From an uncultured Actinomycetota bacterium (GTDB taxonomy: Bacteria; Actinomycetota; Actinomycetes; Streptosporangiales; Streptosporangiaceae): a stretch of DNA of 64,000 nt. The notes beneath the pieces are model-generated. The model made no database searches. It was not told the origin of the DNA and saw only the letters and a list, made by a program, of their open reading frames with translations. Where the stretch lies: positions 142,257 through 206,256 of the forward strand of contig CAVWOM010000012.1 of NCBI GenBank assembly GCA_963756575.1. The letters are read 5' to 3'. The translations under genes and the position numbers were made by a program. The number at the start of each line of letters is the position of its first letter. Position 1 is the first letter of the stretch. Below, piece after piece: positions 38,122 to 51,165 of the stretch.

Positions 38122-38609
38122 CAGCCGCTCCCGGCCAGCAGGCGCGGGGCCAGGTCGGCGGGCGGGATGCGGTCCAGGCCGTGCTGCTCGACGCGGGCCG
38201 CGAGATCCTCCGCGGCCGCCACCACGGCGGCGATGTCCATGCCGTACGGGCTGGGCCGGCCTGGTACGCGCGGATACGCTCGGTGCCGCGGCGGAGCAGG
38301 GTGACGGCGCCGCGGGGGTTACCCCGGCGGGCGTGCGTCAGGCCGACCGCGATCTGGGCCAGGCCCTGCCACAGGTCGCGTTCGGCCGCCGGGCCGGCCT
38401 TCCAGGCCGCCTCGAGAACTTCGTGCGCGTGGAACGGGCGGCCGTCGCGGAGCAGCTCGTCGGCGAGAACGGCGGCGTCGCGGCCGGTGATGACGAGATC
38501 GTCGGGGATCCGGTCCTGGCCGGGGCCGGCGTGGGCCAGCGGGCGCCCCAGGCCGTCGCGGGGGGCGTGCGTTCCTGGGCCGGCCGGACGGGTCGCGGTC
38601 CCTGGGCAC
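38122..38609 (-). pseudogene. DUF309 domain protein, about 2 frame breaks
   Basis: MPRDRDPSGRPRNARP... (frame from 38609), then ...FHAHEVLEAAWKAGPAAERDLWQGLAQIAVGLTHARRGNPRGAVTLLRRG..., then ...YGMDIAAVVAAAEDLAARVEQHGLD... in other frames. Confidence 0.5.
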
Positions 38610-38651
38610 GGCGCGGCTAGCGTTCGGGTTCGGGGTCGGCGAGCCAGCTGG

Positions 38652-39539
38652 TCAGCTCGGTGCCGAGGATCTCGGTCGTTCCTCCTGGGGGAAGTGGCCG
38701 GCCCCGTCGATGACGCGCCAGCGGTAGGGGCCGTCGACGTAGCGTCCGGCGCCGCGGGCGGTCTGCGGCAGCACGCAGCTATCCAGGGCGCCGTGCAGGT
38801 GCAGGACCGGGGCCACGATCGGGGTGTGCATCTGCCGGGCGTAGCGCAGGCCGTCCGGCCGCAGGCTGCTGCGGGCGAGCCAGCGGTGATACTCCAGGGC
38901 CGAGTGCGCCACCGACGGTATCCGCATGGCCCGCGCGTAGATCTGCTCGGTTTCGGAGTCGGGCCAGCCGGGGGCGGACCATTTCTCCAGCAGCTGGCCC
39001 ACCTTGACGGCGCCGTCGCGGACCAGCTGGCGCTCGGGCCACATGGGCAGCTGGGCGCCGAGCGTGTAGCCGCTGCGGCGGCCCTGGCCGAGCGGGTCGG
39101 CGAGCACCGAGCTGCGCATCCGCAGCGGGTGTGCCATCGAGATCACGGCCAGCCGCCGGATGACCTTGGGGTGATAGGCGGCCAGGGTCCAGGCGATCAG
39201 GCCGCCCAGGCCGTGGCCGACCACGATCGCGTTGGCCTCGCCCAGCGCGCGGACCAGGCCGGCCGCGTCGGCGGCGGCGGTGACGAGGTCGTAGCCGCGG
39301 GGTGGCTTGTCACTGCCGCCGTAGCCGCGCAGGTCGACCGCGACCGCCCGGAAGCCGGCCGCGGGCAGCGTGGTCAGCTGGTGCCGCCAGGTCCACCAGA
39401 ACTCGGGGAAGCCGTGCAGCAGCAGGACCAGCGGCCCGTCCCCGGCCTCGACGGCGTGGAACCTGGTTCCGTTGGCCGAAACCGAACGATGCGTCCAGGG
39501 GCCGCCGATCTGGACTACGGCATCGGCGCCGCTGGCCAT
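38652..39539 (-). CDS. Alpha/beta hydrolase (epoxide hydrolase-like); probable frame break in the last ~25 codons
   Basis: HGFPEFWWTWRHQ, GHGLGG nucleophile elbow. After FPQEE a -1 frame gives the plausible tail TEILGTELTSWLADPEPER. Confidence 0.7.
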   Translation of the reverse strand: MASGADAVVQIGGPWTHRSVSANGTRFHAVEAGDGPLVLLLHGFPEFWWTWRHQLTTLPAAGFRAVAVDLRGYGGSDKPPRGYDLVTAAADAAGLVRALGEANAIVVGHGLGGLIAWTLAAYHPKVIRRLAVISMAHPLRMRSSVLADPLGQGRRSGYTLGAQLPMWPERQLVRDGAVKVGQLLEKWSAPGWPDSETEQIYARAMRIPSVAHSALEYHRWLARSSLRPDGLRYARQMHTPIVAPVLHLHGALDSCVLPQTARGAGRYVDGPYRWRVIDGAGHFPQEERPRSSAPS

Positions 39540-39547
39540 CTTCTTAC

Positions 39548-39988
39548 CTCACTTGGTATCGGGTGCCGTGATCTGGGGCTGCTGGCCGTCATGGCGTAGC
39601 ATCCCCAGGCCTTCGGTCACGGTCTTGCGCGTTACGCGCAGGCCGGAGAGCTTGCGCAGCTTCAGGATGGCCAGGCCTACCCGGCGCCGGCCAGCAGGAT
39701 CAAGAGCCCGGCCACAATGAGGAACGCCGCCCAGTGCCAGATGCCGAGCGCGATCAGGCCGTACGCCAGGGCGATGCAGAGCAGGACGAGCACCAGGCAG
39801 CCGACGAACGCGGCCAGCCCGAACCCGGCCACCGCTATGCCGACCCGCTTGGCGTCGCCTTTGAGTTCGGTCTTGGCCAGGTCGATCTCGTACCTGATCA
39901 GCTGGGATACGTCCTTGGCGGCCAGGGCGACCAGGTCACCGAGTGACTGGTCGCCGCCGGCCGGTCCCGGCGTCTCGCTGTGGACCAT
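39548..39988 (-). CDS. Phage holin family (holin-X-like) small membrane protein; probable frame break near the C-terminus
   Basis: Two TM helices (RVGIAVAGFGLAAFVGCLVLVLLCIALAYGLIALGIWHWAAFLIVAGLLILLAG). An alternate frame after 39677 gives GLAILKLRKLSGLRVTRKTV... through to the stop at 39548. Confidence 0.6.
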
Positions 39989-40704
39989 CGGTGTCCATCT
40001 CCCTCGTGTGCGGACCGCAACCCGCGCTCCCGCACCGCTGCGGGCGCCCGCGTCCGATTACTCCTCGGAGCTAGCTCATGTTCGGCAAAGTCCAAGGCTA
40101 GCGTTGTTGATCGTCAACATGGGAGCACCCCGGCCGGGTACGGCGTTTCAGCGGTTGCCACCGCGGCGCGAGCATACCGGGCAGACGGCCGGCCGGGCGG
40201 CCCAACGCAATTGCCCGGCTTAGGAGTCACGTGGCATTTACACCGGTGTGTGGTGATTCGCCGGATATTACGGCCACATTCCATGGGTCCGGGTAAGCGG
40301 CGCCCGCCGCGACCTCATTGCCACCTCATTACGGTGACCGCATAGCGAGCGGCGCCCCTGGCCGGGGCGCCGCTGCGATACCACGTCAAACCGGGCTACC
40401 AAGCGTGCACCTTTTTTGTCAGCCAGGCCGGCCGCTACCGGTCCGGCCTGGTCTGATACGCCTCCCGCGGCTGGTCGCGCGTGGGTACCTGGCTGCCGTG
40501 CCCGGACGCTTCCACGTCCGTAGCACCTTTCTACGACGAAATCCGCACGCTGCAAAGCCCTAGCATGTAACCAATTCGTGATCTTAATCAGTTCCCGCGA
40601 TCACATGCCGTAAACGAGTGACTTGCCGGGCCTGGCTCCGGCCCTCGCGGCCGCCGGTCATTTTCAGGGCTAGACAGAACGGCCGGCATGGTATATGCGT
40701 GGTG

Positions 40705-40724
40705 TTTGCGGACCGTGTCCGACA
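40705..40724. repeat. Palindromic motif TTTGCGGACCGTGTCCGACA (copy 1 of 2)
   Basis: Near-identical to 41584-41603 (TTTGCGGACAGTGTCCGATT). Core GGAC-N-GTGTCC palindrome. Confidence 0.6.
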
Positions 40725-40944
40725 GCCGATGCTTCCCGTGCCCCGGACTCTTACTTAGTGAAAACTCCCGCCGCGGGGCAAGCAAAGTTAGCGATAGACC
40801 CTTCTCAGACCCATCCGCATATGTTGTAATTCGATTGGGCTGACGCTGCAACGGGTACCCGTAGCGGATACACCACCAGTGGTAGGGAAACCGACACAGG
40901 TGGTGGCATACGAGGGAACTTTGCGGATAAGCTTAGGATAAGGA

Positions 40945-41025
40945 CGGAGCCGGCCTCCCCCCCAGGGCCGGACCGTGCGCGCGGGCGTCGCTCTCCCCCC
41001 CGGCGGCGCCCGCCTCCTTTTTTTG
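40945..41025 (+). ncRNA. Candidate 6C-family sRNA: two hairpins with poly-C loops followed by a U7 tract
   Basis: Hairpin A 40950-40971 (stem CCGGCC/GGCCGG, loop CCCCCCCA). Hairpin B 40981-41013 (stem GCGGGCG/CGCCCGC, C7 loop region), then CTCCTTTTTTT. Sits in a 1.7-kb gene-free region beside a DUF1998 helicase. In mycobacteria and Streptomyces 6C is recalled to lie in the same helicase/marP/nth/bldG neighbourhood. Confidence 0.5.
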
Positions 41026-41583
41026 CAATCGTTTCCGTGCCCCGCGACGAGAGTCGCTTGTGTGGCTGCTGCGGTTGTGTTCCTGTGTCTCCCGTTATCT
41101 CTGTTGCGGTTGAGCGCGGATGTGTCCAGCTCCTGACTTTCTCCCAGGGCCGCCCTGGGCTGAGCGCTGCGCGGCCGCCAGGGCTCCGCCCCCGTCCCGG
41201 GTGTTTGTGCTGGTCCTGGCGAAGACTGGGACAGGCTGGGACAGCACGGGAAGAGGGAGGATGGAGCTCCTCGGGCATAGAACACGTTCTTACTTACCGT
41301 CACTATCTCAGTGCTAATAGTGAAAAATGCTCCGTGTGCACGCGCCCGCATGGCTGGCCAGATCCGGTCCGGGCGGGCGTGACGCGCCAACGAGGCGACG
41401 AACCCTGACGCTCATGTCAGGTTCGGGATGAGCTCCCGACCCTCGCCAGGCCGGTACGTTATCAAGTTGTGATCCGGTTACCCGTAGCTACATTCCGTTG
41501 GCTGAGCCCGCGGGCGCGGTAAATGAGTTCCCTCCCGTGCAATCCCATGGGGAACATGGGCGCCAGCGGTACCGCGGGCTGAG

Positions 41584-41603
41584 TTTGCGGACAGTGTCCG
41601 ATT
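41584..41603. repeat. Palindromic motif TTTGCGGACAGTGTCCGATT (copy 2 of 2)
   Basis: See 40705-40724. The two copies are ~880 nt apart and flank the candidate sRNA. Confidence 0.6.
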
Positions 41604-41690
41604 GGCCCGCGTTCCATAGCCGCAAAACCGTTGCCGGTATAGGCAATACGCGGCTGTCGTATAAGCGGTAAATACCCAGCCGGAATGATT

Positions 41691-44071
41691 TAGCCGGGGG
41701 CATTGGCCAGTTCCTGAGCACCGGCCAGGCTCGCGGTGCTGGCCGGTTCCGGTGCGCCGGCCAGCAGGGTGTCGAGGAGGGCGACCGCGCCGCGCTTGGA
41801 CAGCGGGTGGTTGCCGTTGCCGCATTTGGGTGACTGGACGCAGGACGGGCAGCCGGACTCGCAGTCGCAACTGGCGATGGCCGCCCGGGTGGCGCGGAGC
41901 CAGTCGGCGGCGGCGGCGAAACCGCGCTCGGCGAACCCGGCCCCGCCGTCGTGCCCGTCGTAGACGAAGACCGTGGGCCGCCCGGTCGCCGGGTGAACGG
42001 CGGCGGAGACCCCGCCGATGTCCCAGCGGTCGCAGGTGGCGAACAGGGGGAGCAGGCCGATCGAGGCGTGCTCGGCCGCGTGCGCGGCCCCGGCTAGGTC
42101 GATGCCGGCGGCGGTGAGCGCGTCGGCGGCCTCACCGGGGATCGTCCACCACACCGCCCGGGTCATCAGGTGCCGGGGCGGCAGGTCGAGCGGCGTCTCG
42201 CCCAGGGACTCGCCGGTGCCGTCGCGGCGCCGGGTGAAGCTGGTCACCTGCCGGGTGACCTGGACGTCGCCGAAGCTGATCGCGGCGTCACCCCAGGTCA
42301 TCGTGCGCAGTTCGGCGGCCACTTCGAGCTGGGTCGAGGTCCTGGCCGTGGTCGTGTAACCGGGCTCGGCCGGCTCGACCAGCGCTACCTGGTCGGCGAG
42401 GTCCAAGGTGGTGACCAGGTAGCTGTCGCCCTGGTGGACGTAGATGGCGCCCTCGTGCACGAGCAGGTAGGCCGACGGCTCGTCGACCGTGCCGATCAGC
42501 CGTCCGGTCGCCTGCTCCACGACCCGGATCGGCGCCAGCCCGGCCCCGCGCAGGTCTACCGCCCGCGCCGCGTCCCGGCGCATGCCGTACCAGCCGGTCT
42601 CGCGCTTGCGCAGCCGCCCCGCGCGGGTCAGCTCGTCAACCGCCGCCCTGGCCGCCGGGCCGAACAGCGGAAGGTCCGCCTCGGTCAGCGGCAGCTCGGC
42701 CGCCGCCGCGCACAGATGCGGGCCGAGCACATACGGGTTGCGCCGGGTCCAGGACGGTCGCTTCGACCGGGTGCCGCAGCAGCAGCTCGGGGTGGCGGAC
42801 CAGGTAGGTGTCGAGCGGGTCGTCCCGCGCGATCAGCACGGCCGCCGCCGACTGCCCGCTGCGCCCGGCCCGTCCGGCCTGCTGCCACAGCGAGCTCCAG
42901 GTGCCCGGCCAGCCCGCGATCAGCACCGCGTCGAGCCCGGTGATGTTGACTCCGAGCTCGAGCGCGGTGGTGGTGGCCAGCCCGACCAGGCGGCCGTCGG
43001 ACAGGTCGGCCTCCAGCCGGCGCCGGTCCTCGGGCAGGTAGCCCGACCGGTACGCCGCTACCTTGGCTTCGCCCGCCCCCGGCGAGCCTGCGTCGGCTGG
43101 AGGCAGGGACCGGCGGGCGGCCAGCGCGACCGCCTCGGCGCCCCGCCGCGATCTGATGAAGGCCAGCGTCTGGACATTCTCGCTGACCAGTCGGCCGAGC
43201 AGGTCGGCCGCCTGGGCGGTGGCGGTGCGGCGCAGCCGGGCGCCCGCCGCCCCGCGCGCGTCGGTCAGCGGCGGCTCCCACAAGGCGAAGGCCAGCGGGC
43301 CGCGCGGCGAGCCGTCCTCGGTCACCTCCTCGGCGTCCAGGCCGGTCAGCAGCCGGGCGCAGACGCCCGGCGCTCCGACCGTGGCCGAGGCCAGCACGAA
43401 GACCGGGCGCTGCTGGTGCTGGCCCGGCGGGGCGTGGTGCGCCACTACCCGGCGCAGCCGCCGCAGCACATGCGCCACGTGGGAGCCGAAGACGCCCCGG
43501 TAGCCGTGGCACTCGTCGATGATGACCAGGCGCAGCCTGCTGAAGAACCCCGACCAGCGGGCGTGCCCGGGCAGCAGCGCCCGGTGCAGCATGTCCGGCG
43601 TGGTCAGCAGGTACCTGGCGTGGCTGCGGGCCCAGGACCGCTCGGCGTAGGTGGAGTCGCCGTCGAACGTGGCCGCCTGCACCCCGGGCAGCCCGAGCGC
43701 GCGGATCGACGCGAGCTGATCCGCGGCCAGGGCCTTGGTCGGCGTGACATAGAGCACAGTGTCGCCCGCTAGCACCGAGGTGAGCGCGGGCAGCAGGTAG
43801 CCGAGCGACTTGCCGGACGCCGCGGCGGTGGAGATGATCACGTTCCGGCCGGCCTGCGCGTGGTCCGCGGCCTGGGCCTGGTGGCTCCACGGGGCGCGGA
43901 TGCCGCGAGCCGCGAAGGCGCCGGTAACCTCGGCCGGGACCCAGGATGGCCAGGGCACTTCCCGGCCGGCCGGGCCGGGATGTGCTCTACGTGTACCGGG
44001 CGGCCTGCCTGGGCCTGATCAAGCAGGATGCCCAGGGCGCGGTTTCCGGCCTCGGTTCCGGGCGCGTGCAT
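41691..44071 (-). pseudogene. DEAD/DEAH-box helicase with C-terminal DUF1998 zinc-ribbon domain (MrfA/Rv3649-like), about 2 frame breaks
   Basis: Helicase core (TAAASGKSLGYLLP, IIDECHGYRG, SATV, helicase-C). N-terminal VHVEHIPARPAG in another frame (43838-44212). C-terminal DUF1998 with CDCESGCPSCVQSPKCGNGN in the frame ending 41691. Confidence 0.7.
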
Positions 44072-44320
44072 AACGGGTCCGGCCGGGGGCAGGGGGGTAA
44101 GTGTGGACACAGCTATTTCAGTGTGACATCCTGCCCCGCGATGATCGGAGATTTTCCGTGTGTCGCCCCGTTGGGGGATGCCCGGAGGCATGATTTCGTA
44201 TAGACATGACACCGGAGCGTGGTTGAATGCCGCAGAGGGTCACGCCCTCGGCTCTGGTAGGTGAGCCCGCGCGCCAGGGCGGGACCCTGAGATGACGCCG
44301 TGGATGGCGCTGGAGGATTT

Positions 44321-44671
44321 GTGGATCTGAAGCTCGGTCACTACAACAAGGACGGCATCGAGATCGTCGACGTCGAGGGCGAGATCGACGTCTACACGGC
44401 GCCGCGGCTCCGCGAACTGCTCATCGATCTCGTCAACAAGAACAACTACCAGCTCGTCGTCAACATGGAGAAGGTCGAGTTCCTCGACTCAACCGGTCTC
44501 GGCGTGCTGGTCGGCGGCCTGAAGCGGGTGCGCGCGCACGACGGTTCCCTGGACCTCGTCTGCACCCAGGAGCGGATCCTCAAGATCTTCCGGATCACGG
44601 GCCTGACGAAGGTGTTCGGCATCCACAACACGGTCGACGACGCCATCGCGGCCAAGAAGCTCGACAAGTAA
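44321..44671 (+). CDS. Anti-sigma factor antagonist, STAS domain (BldG/RsbV-like)
   Basis: [17 protein letters not shown]...[26 protein letters not shown] is highly similar to the BldG-type consensus. Internal in-frame GTG 44321 preferred over 44300. Confidence 0.8.
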   Translation: MDLKLGHYNKDGIEIVDVEGEIDVYTAPRLRELLIDLVNKNNYQLVVNMEKVEFLDSTGLGVLVGGLKRVRAHDGSLDLVCTQERILKIFRITGLTKVFGIHNTVDDAIAAKKLDK

Positions 44672-44707
44672 TCCCGCCGGGCCCGACGACGAGCCTCCTG
44701 AAAGACA

Positions 44708-45169
44708 ATGCCCACCGTAGAAGTCACATTTACGCCGCTGCCCGCGCACGTCCGCACGGCGCGCCTGGTCGCCACCGCCGTCGCGCGGCGTAGCCGGGTG
44801 GACGAAGCGCTGCTCGACGAGGTGCGCCTGGCCGTAGGTGAGGCCTGCTCGCGTGCCGTCGAGGCGCACCGGCGGCACTGCCCGGCCGAGCCGGTCAAGA
44901 TCGAGATGACCGACCAGGGCGAGCGGTTCGTCGTCGTGGTGAGCGACCATGCCCCCACGGGCGGGGCCGCGTCGGCCGGTACCAATGGTCACAGCCACGA
45001 CGCGGCCACGGACGCGGTGGCCCTGGTCCAGGGGGCCGACGAGGCCGGGATCCCGGCCGGGTTCGGGCTGGCCGTGATCTCCGGCCTGGCCGACGACGTG
45101 CGCGTCACGTCCACGAGTGCGGGTGTCAGCGTCCGGATGAGCTGGCCGTCGGCCGCTCCCACCGGATAA
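44708..45169 (+). CDS. Anti-sigma regulatory factor (HATPase_c Ser/Thr kinase, RsbW/ApgA-like)
   Basis: Immediately downstream of the STAS gene. 153 aa with ATPase motifs (ARLVATAV...GEACSRAVEA, GFGLAVISGLADDV). Confidence 0.7.
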   Translation: MPTVEVTFTPLPAHVRTARLVATAVARRSRVDEALLDEVRLAVGEACSRAVEAHRRHCPAEPVKIEMTDQGERFVVVVSDHAPTGGAASAGTNGHSHDAATDAVALVQGADEAGIPAGFGLAVISGLADDVRVTSTSAGVSVRMSWPSAAPTG

Positions 45170-45420
45170 CCAGCCCCCGCGGGCCAACGAGCCGGCGGGC
45201 ACGGCGTACCGCGCCGCGCCCGCCGGCTCTCTAGTGGTCCCGCCTGCTGTCCGCCCCGGTCCAGCCAGTTACACTGGCGTGTCGCCACGATAACGAACAG
45301 ATCACGGAACGGTTAGGAACGGCGCGATGTTAGTGGTTCGGCGCGTGCGTGCGTAGACTCCCGCCCACTCGTTTAGTCCCGATCGGCAACGTCTTCCGTT
45401 CGGAGTTTCCAGGAGGTCGA

Positions 45421-47690
45421 ATGTTCAGGCATGTCTCTGCGCTGGCGGCGAACCCCGTCAGCGTGAGCGGCACCAACCTGACCTGGGTCATCATTGTCGC
45501 CGTCGTCGGGCTGCTCGCGCTCGGCGTGGCCGGCGTGCTGGTGCGGGAAGTGCTCGCGGCCAGCCAGGGAACCCAGCGGATGCAGGAAATCTCGCGCGCC
45601 GTGCAGGAAGGCGCGGCGGCATACCTGCGCCGGCAGTTCAGGACCCTCGGCATATTCGTGGTCATCATCTTCTTCGTCCTGCTCGTGCTGCCCGCGGACG
45701 GTGACGGGGTGCGCTGGGGCCGCAGCATCTTCTTCCTGGTCGGCGCGTTGTTCTCGGCGCTTACCGGGTTCACCGGCATGTCGCTGTGCGTGCGCGGCAA
45801 CGTCCGGGTGGCGGCCGCCGCCCGCGAGGGCGGTGAGCGGCCCGCGTTCCGGCTCGCGTTCCGCACCGGCGGCGTGGCCGGCATGTTCACCGTCGGGCTC
45901 GGCCTGTTCGGCGCCGCCATGGTGGTGATCTTCTACAAGGCCAACGCCCCCGAGGTGCTGGAGGGCTTCGGCTTCGGCGCCGCCCTGCTGGCCATGTTCA
46001 TGAGGGTCGGCGGCGGTATCTACACCAAGGCCGCCGACGTGGGCGCGACCTGGTCGGCAAGGTCGAGCAGGGCATTCCCGAGGACGACCCGCGCAACGCC
46101 GCCACCATCGCCGACAACGTGGGCGACAACGTCGGTGACTGCGCCGGCATGGCCGCCGACCTGTTCGAGTCCTACTCGGTCATGCTGGTCGCCTCGCTGA
46201 TCCTCGGCAAGAGCGCGTTCGGCGACAAGGGCCTGATCTTCCCGCTGATCATCCCGGCCATCGGCGTGATCACCGCGGTCATCGGCATCTTCTCGGTCGC
46301 GCCGCGGGCCAAGGACCGCAGCGGGATGACCGCGATCAACCGCGGCTTCTTCATCTCCGCGATCATCTCGGTCATCGGCGTGGCCATCGCCTGCTTCACC
46401 TTCCTGCCGGCCCACTTCGCCGCGCTCAAGGGCGTCACCGACAAGGGCATCCTGGCGTTCAACGGCAACCCGCGCTGGATCGCGCTCGGCGCCATCCTGA
46501 TCGGCATCGTGCTGGCCAGCGCCATCCAGTTGCTCACGGGGTACTTCACCGAGACCAACCGGCGCCCGGTCAAGGACATCGGGGAGAGCTCGGAGACCGG
46601 CGCGGCCACCGTCATCCTGTCCGGCATCTCGATCGGCATGGAGTCCGCGCGTGTACTCGGCCCTGCTGATCGCCGGCGCGGTGTTCGGCGCCTACCTGCT
46701 GGCCACGGGTAACGCGACCATCGCGCTGTTCGCGGTGGCGATGGCCGGCATCGGCCTGCTGACCACGGTCGGCGTGATCGTGTCGATGGACTCCTTCGGC
46801 CCGGTCACCGACAACGCCCAGGGCATCGCGGAGATGTCCGGCGACGTCGAGGGCGACGCCGCCCAGGCGCTGACCACGCTGGACGCGATCGGCAACACCA
46901 CCAAGGCGATCACCAAGGGCATCGCGATCGCGACCGCGGTGCTGGCCGCGACCGCGCTGTTCGGCTCGTTCCGCACCCAGGTGGAGTCGGCGCTGACCGG
47001 CAAGGCGGCCGGCACCTTCAACCTGGACGTGGCCCAGCCGAACGTCCTGGTCGGCGTCATCATCGGCGCGTCGATCGTGTTCCTGTTCTCCAGCCTGCTG
47101 ATCATGGCGGTGGGCCGGGCCGCGCAGCGGGTGGTGCTCGAGGTGCGGAACCAGTTCCGCACCCACCCGGGCATCATGACCTTCGAGGAGAAGCCCGACT
47201 ACAGCCGGGTGATCGACATCGTCACCAGGGACTCGCTGCGTGAGCTGGTCACGCCGGGCCTGCTCGCGGTGATGGCCCCGATCGCGGTCGGCTTCGCGCT
47301 GGGCTACCAGCCGCTCGGCTCCTACCTGGCCGGCGCGATCGCGGCGGGCGTGCTGATGGCCATCTTCCTGGCCAACTCGGGTGGCGCCTGGGACAACGCC
47401 AAGAAGCTGGTCGAGGACGGCAACCACGGCGGCAAGGGCTCCGAGGCGCACGCCGCCACCGTCGTCGGCGACACCGTGGGCGACCCGTTCAAGGACACCG
47501 CGGGCCCGGCCATCAACCCGCTGATCAAGGTGATGAACCTGGTCTCGCTGCTCATCGCGACCAGCGTGGTCAAGTACAGCGGCAACACCGGCCTGCGGGC
47601 CGGCGTCGCGATCGGCGCGGTGGTCATCATCGTGGTGGCCATCGTGATCTCCAAGCGCCGCTCGGCCGGCCTGGCGAGGACACCCCGGCC
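45421..47690 (+). pseudogene. hppA: Membrane-bound proton-translocating pyrophosphatase (HppA), about 2 frame breaks (~46040, ~46650)
   Basis: AGGAGG SD. Segments in ORFs 45349-46200, 46119-46712, 46651-48045 contain the H+-PPase motifs (GGGIYTKAADVGADLVGK, DNVGDNVGD, GDTVGDPFKDTAGP). Confidence 0.75.
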
Positions 47691-47976
47691 GCCGCCGAAG
47701 TGCCCGGGGCGGTGTCGCCCGCGGTGGAGGGGGCCACCCCGGCTCCCGCCAGCACCGAGGCCACGTCGGCGACCGCCGCCGACGAGGCCGTGGCCCTCCC
47801 GTCGCCAAGCACACCGAGTAGCTCCGGCGCGCAGTTCCCGAACCGGGCCCCACGCCGACCACGGCGCGGGGCCCGGTCCGCGTCTTGGCCTGAGCGTGCC
47901 AACCTGCTGGTGCTGTGGCACACCGAGCCCGTTGGCTGGATCAGGGGCGGGGTTGTGCCTGTGGCCGGAGTGGCGC

Positions 47977-50340
<2,364 letters not shown>

Positions 50341-50344
50341 CTCC

Positions 50345-51042
50345 GGCCTCACCGGCAGCAGGTGCGCGGCCCGGTACCGGCCGCTGGGCAGCCGTTCGGT
50401 GACCAGCCGGAGCAGCGCGGGCACGACCGACTCCGGCCGGGCCGGTCCGAGATGTCCTCGCCGGGGAAGGCCCGCTGGTGCATGTCGGTGCGCAAATCGC
50501 CGGGGTCGGCCCACCAGACACGAAGCGCGAGTTCCTCCGCGGCCAGCACGTTGGAGGCCTGCTCCAGCGCGGCCTTGGCGGCGCCGTAGCCGCCCCAGCC
50601 GGCGTAGGCCTCCCCGGCCGCGTCCGAGGTGATGTTCAGCACCGCGCCGCCGCTGCGGCGCAGCAGCGGGAGCATCAGCTGGGTCAGCGCGACCGGGGCG
50701 ATCACGTTCGCCTCGAACGCGGCCCGCAGCTCGGCCAGCGGGTAGTCGGCCAGCGCGGGCAGCGGGCTCGCGCCGAGCGTCCGGCGTTGTTCACCAGCAG
50801 GTCGAGCCGGCCCGCCATCCGCCGCGTCGCGCAGCGCGCCCCGGTGCGCCGGATCGGTGACGTCGCCCGCGACGGCGATGACCGGGCGGCCGCCGGCCTG
50901 GATCGCCCGCCGCGGCTGCGCCAGCGCGGCCGGCGTCCCTGGCGTCGGTGATGAGCGTGAAGCCCTCGCGGGCCAGCCCGGCGGCAAGTGCCCGGCCGAG
51001 TCCGCGGGAGGCCCCCGTAACCAAGGCTATCGGGGTATCCAT
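50345..51042 (-). pseudogene. Short-chain dehydrogenase/reductase (SDR), about 3 frame breaks
   Basis: MDTPIALVTGASRGLGRALA (frame from 51075), VIAVAGDVTDP...NITSDAAGEAYAGWGGYGAAKAALE (ORF 50349-50987), C-terminal segment in ORF 49978-50514. Confidence 0.55.
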
Positions 51043-51165
51043 GCCGTTCACGCTAGACACGCCCGCCCCGCGCACATCGGTCCGCGCGGCGCGCCGCCCG
51101 CCGCCGATGGTCCTAGGACCGCCGGCCTGATGCGCGCCGCCGCAGCGCGGCTAACGTCGGTGGCC

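Noticed and set aside
38181-39599. 472-aa plus-strand ORF across the DUF309 / hydrolase region
   Set aside because: It is antisense to two recognisable minus-strand genes, with junk composition.
41380-41470. tRNA or tmRNA-like T-arm (ggttcgggatgagctcccgacc) in the non-coding locus
   Set aside because: No acceptor stem or anticodon arm can be built around it, and there is no CCA or GGTTCGAATCC-type consensus. It is most likely an incidental hairpin.
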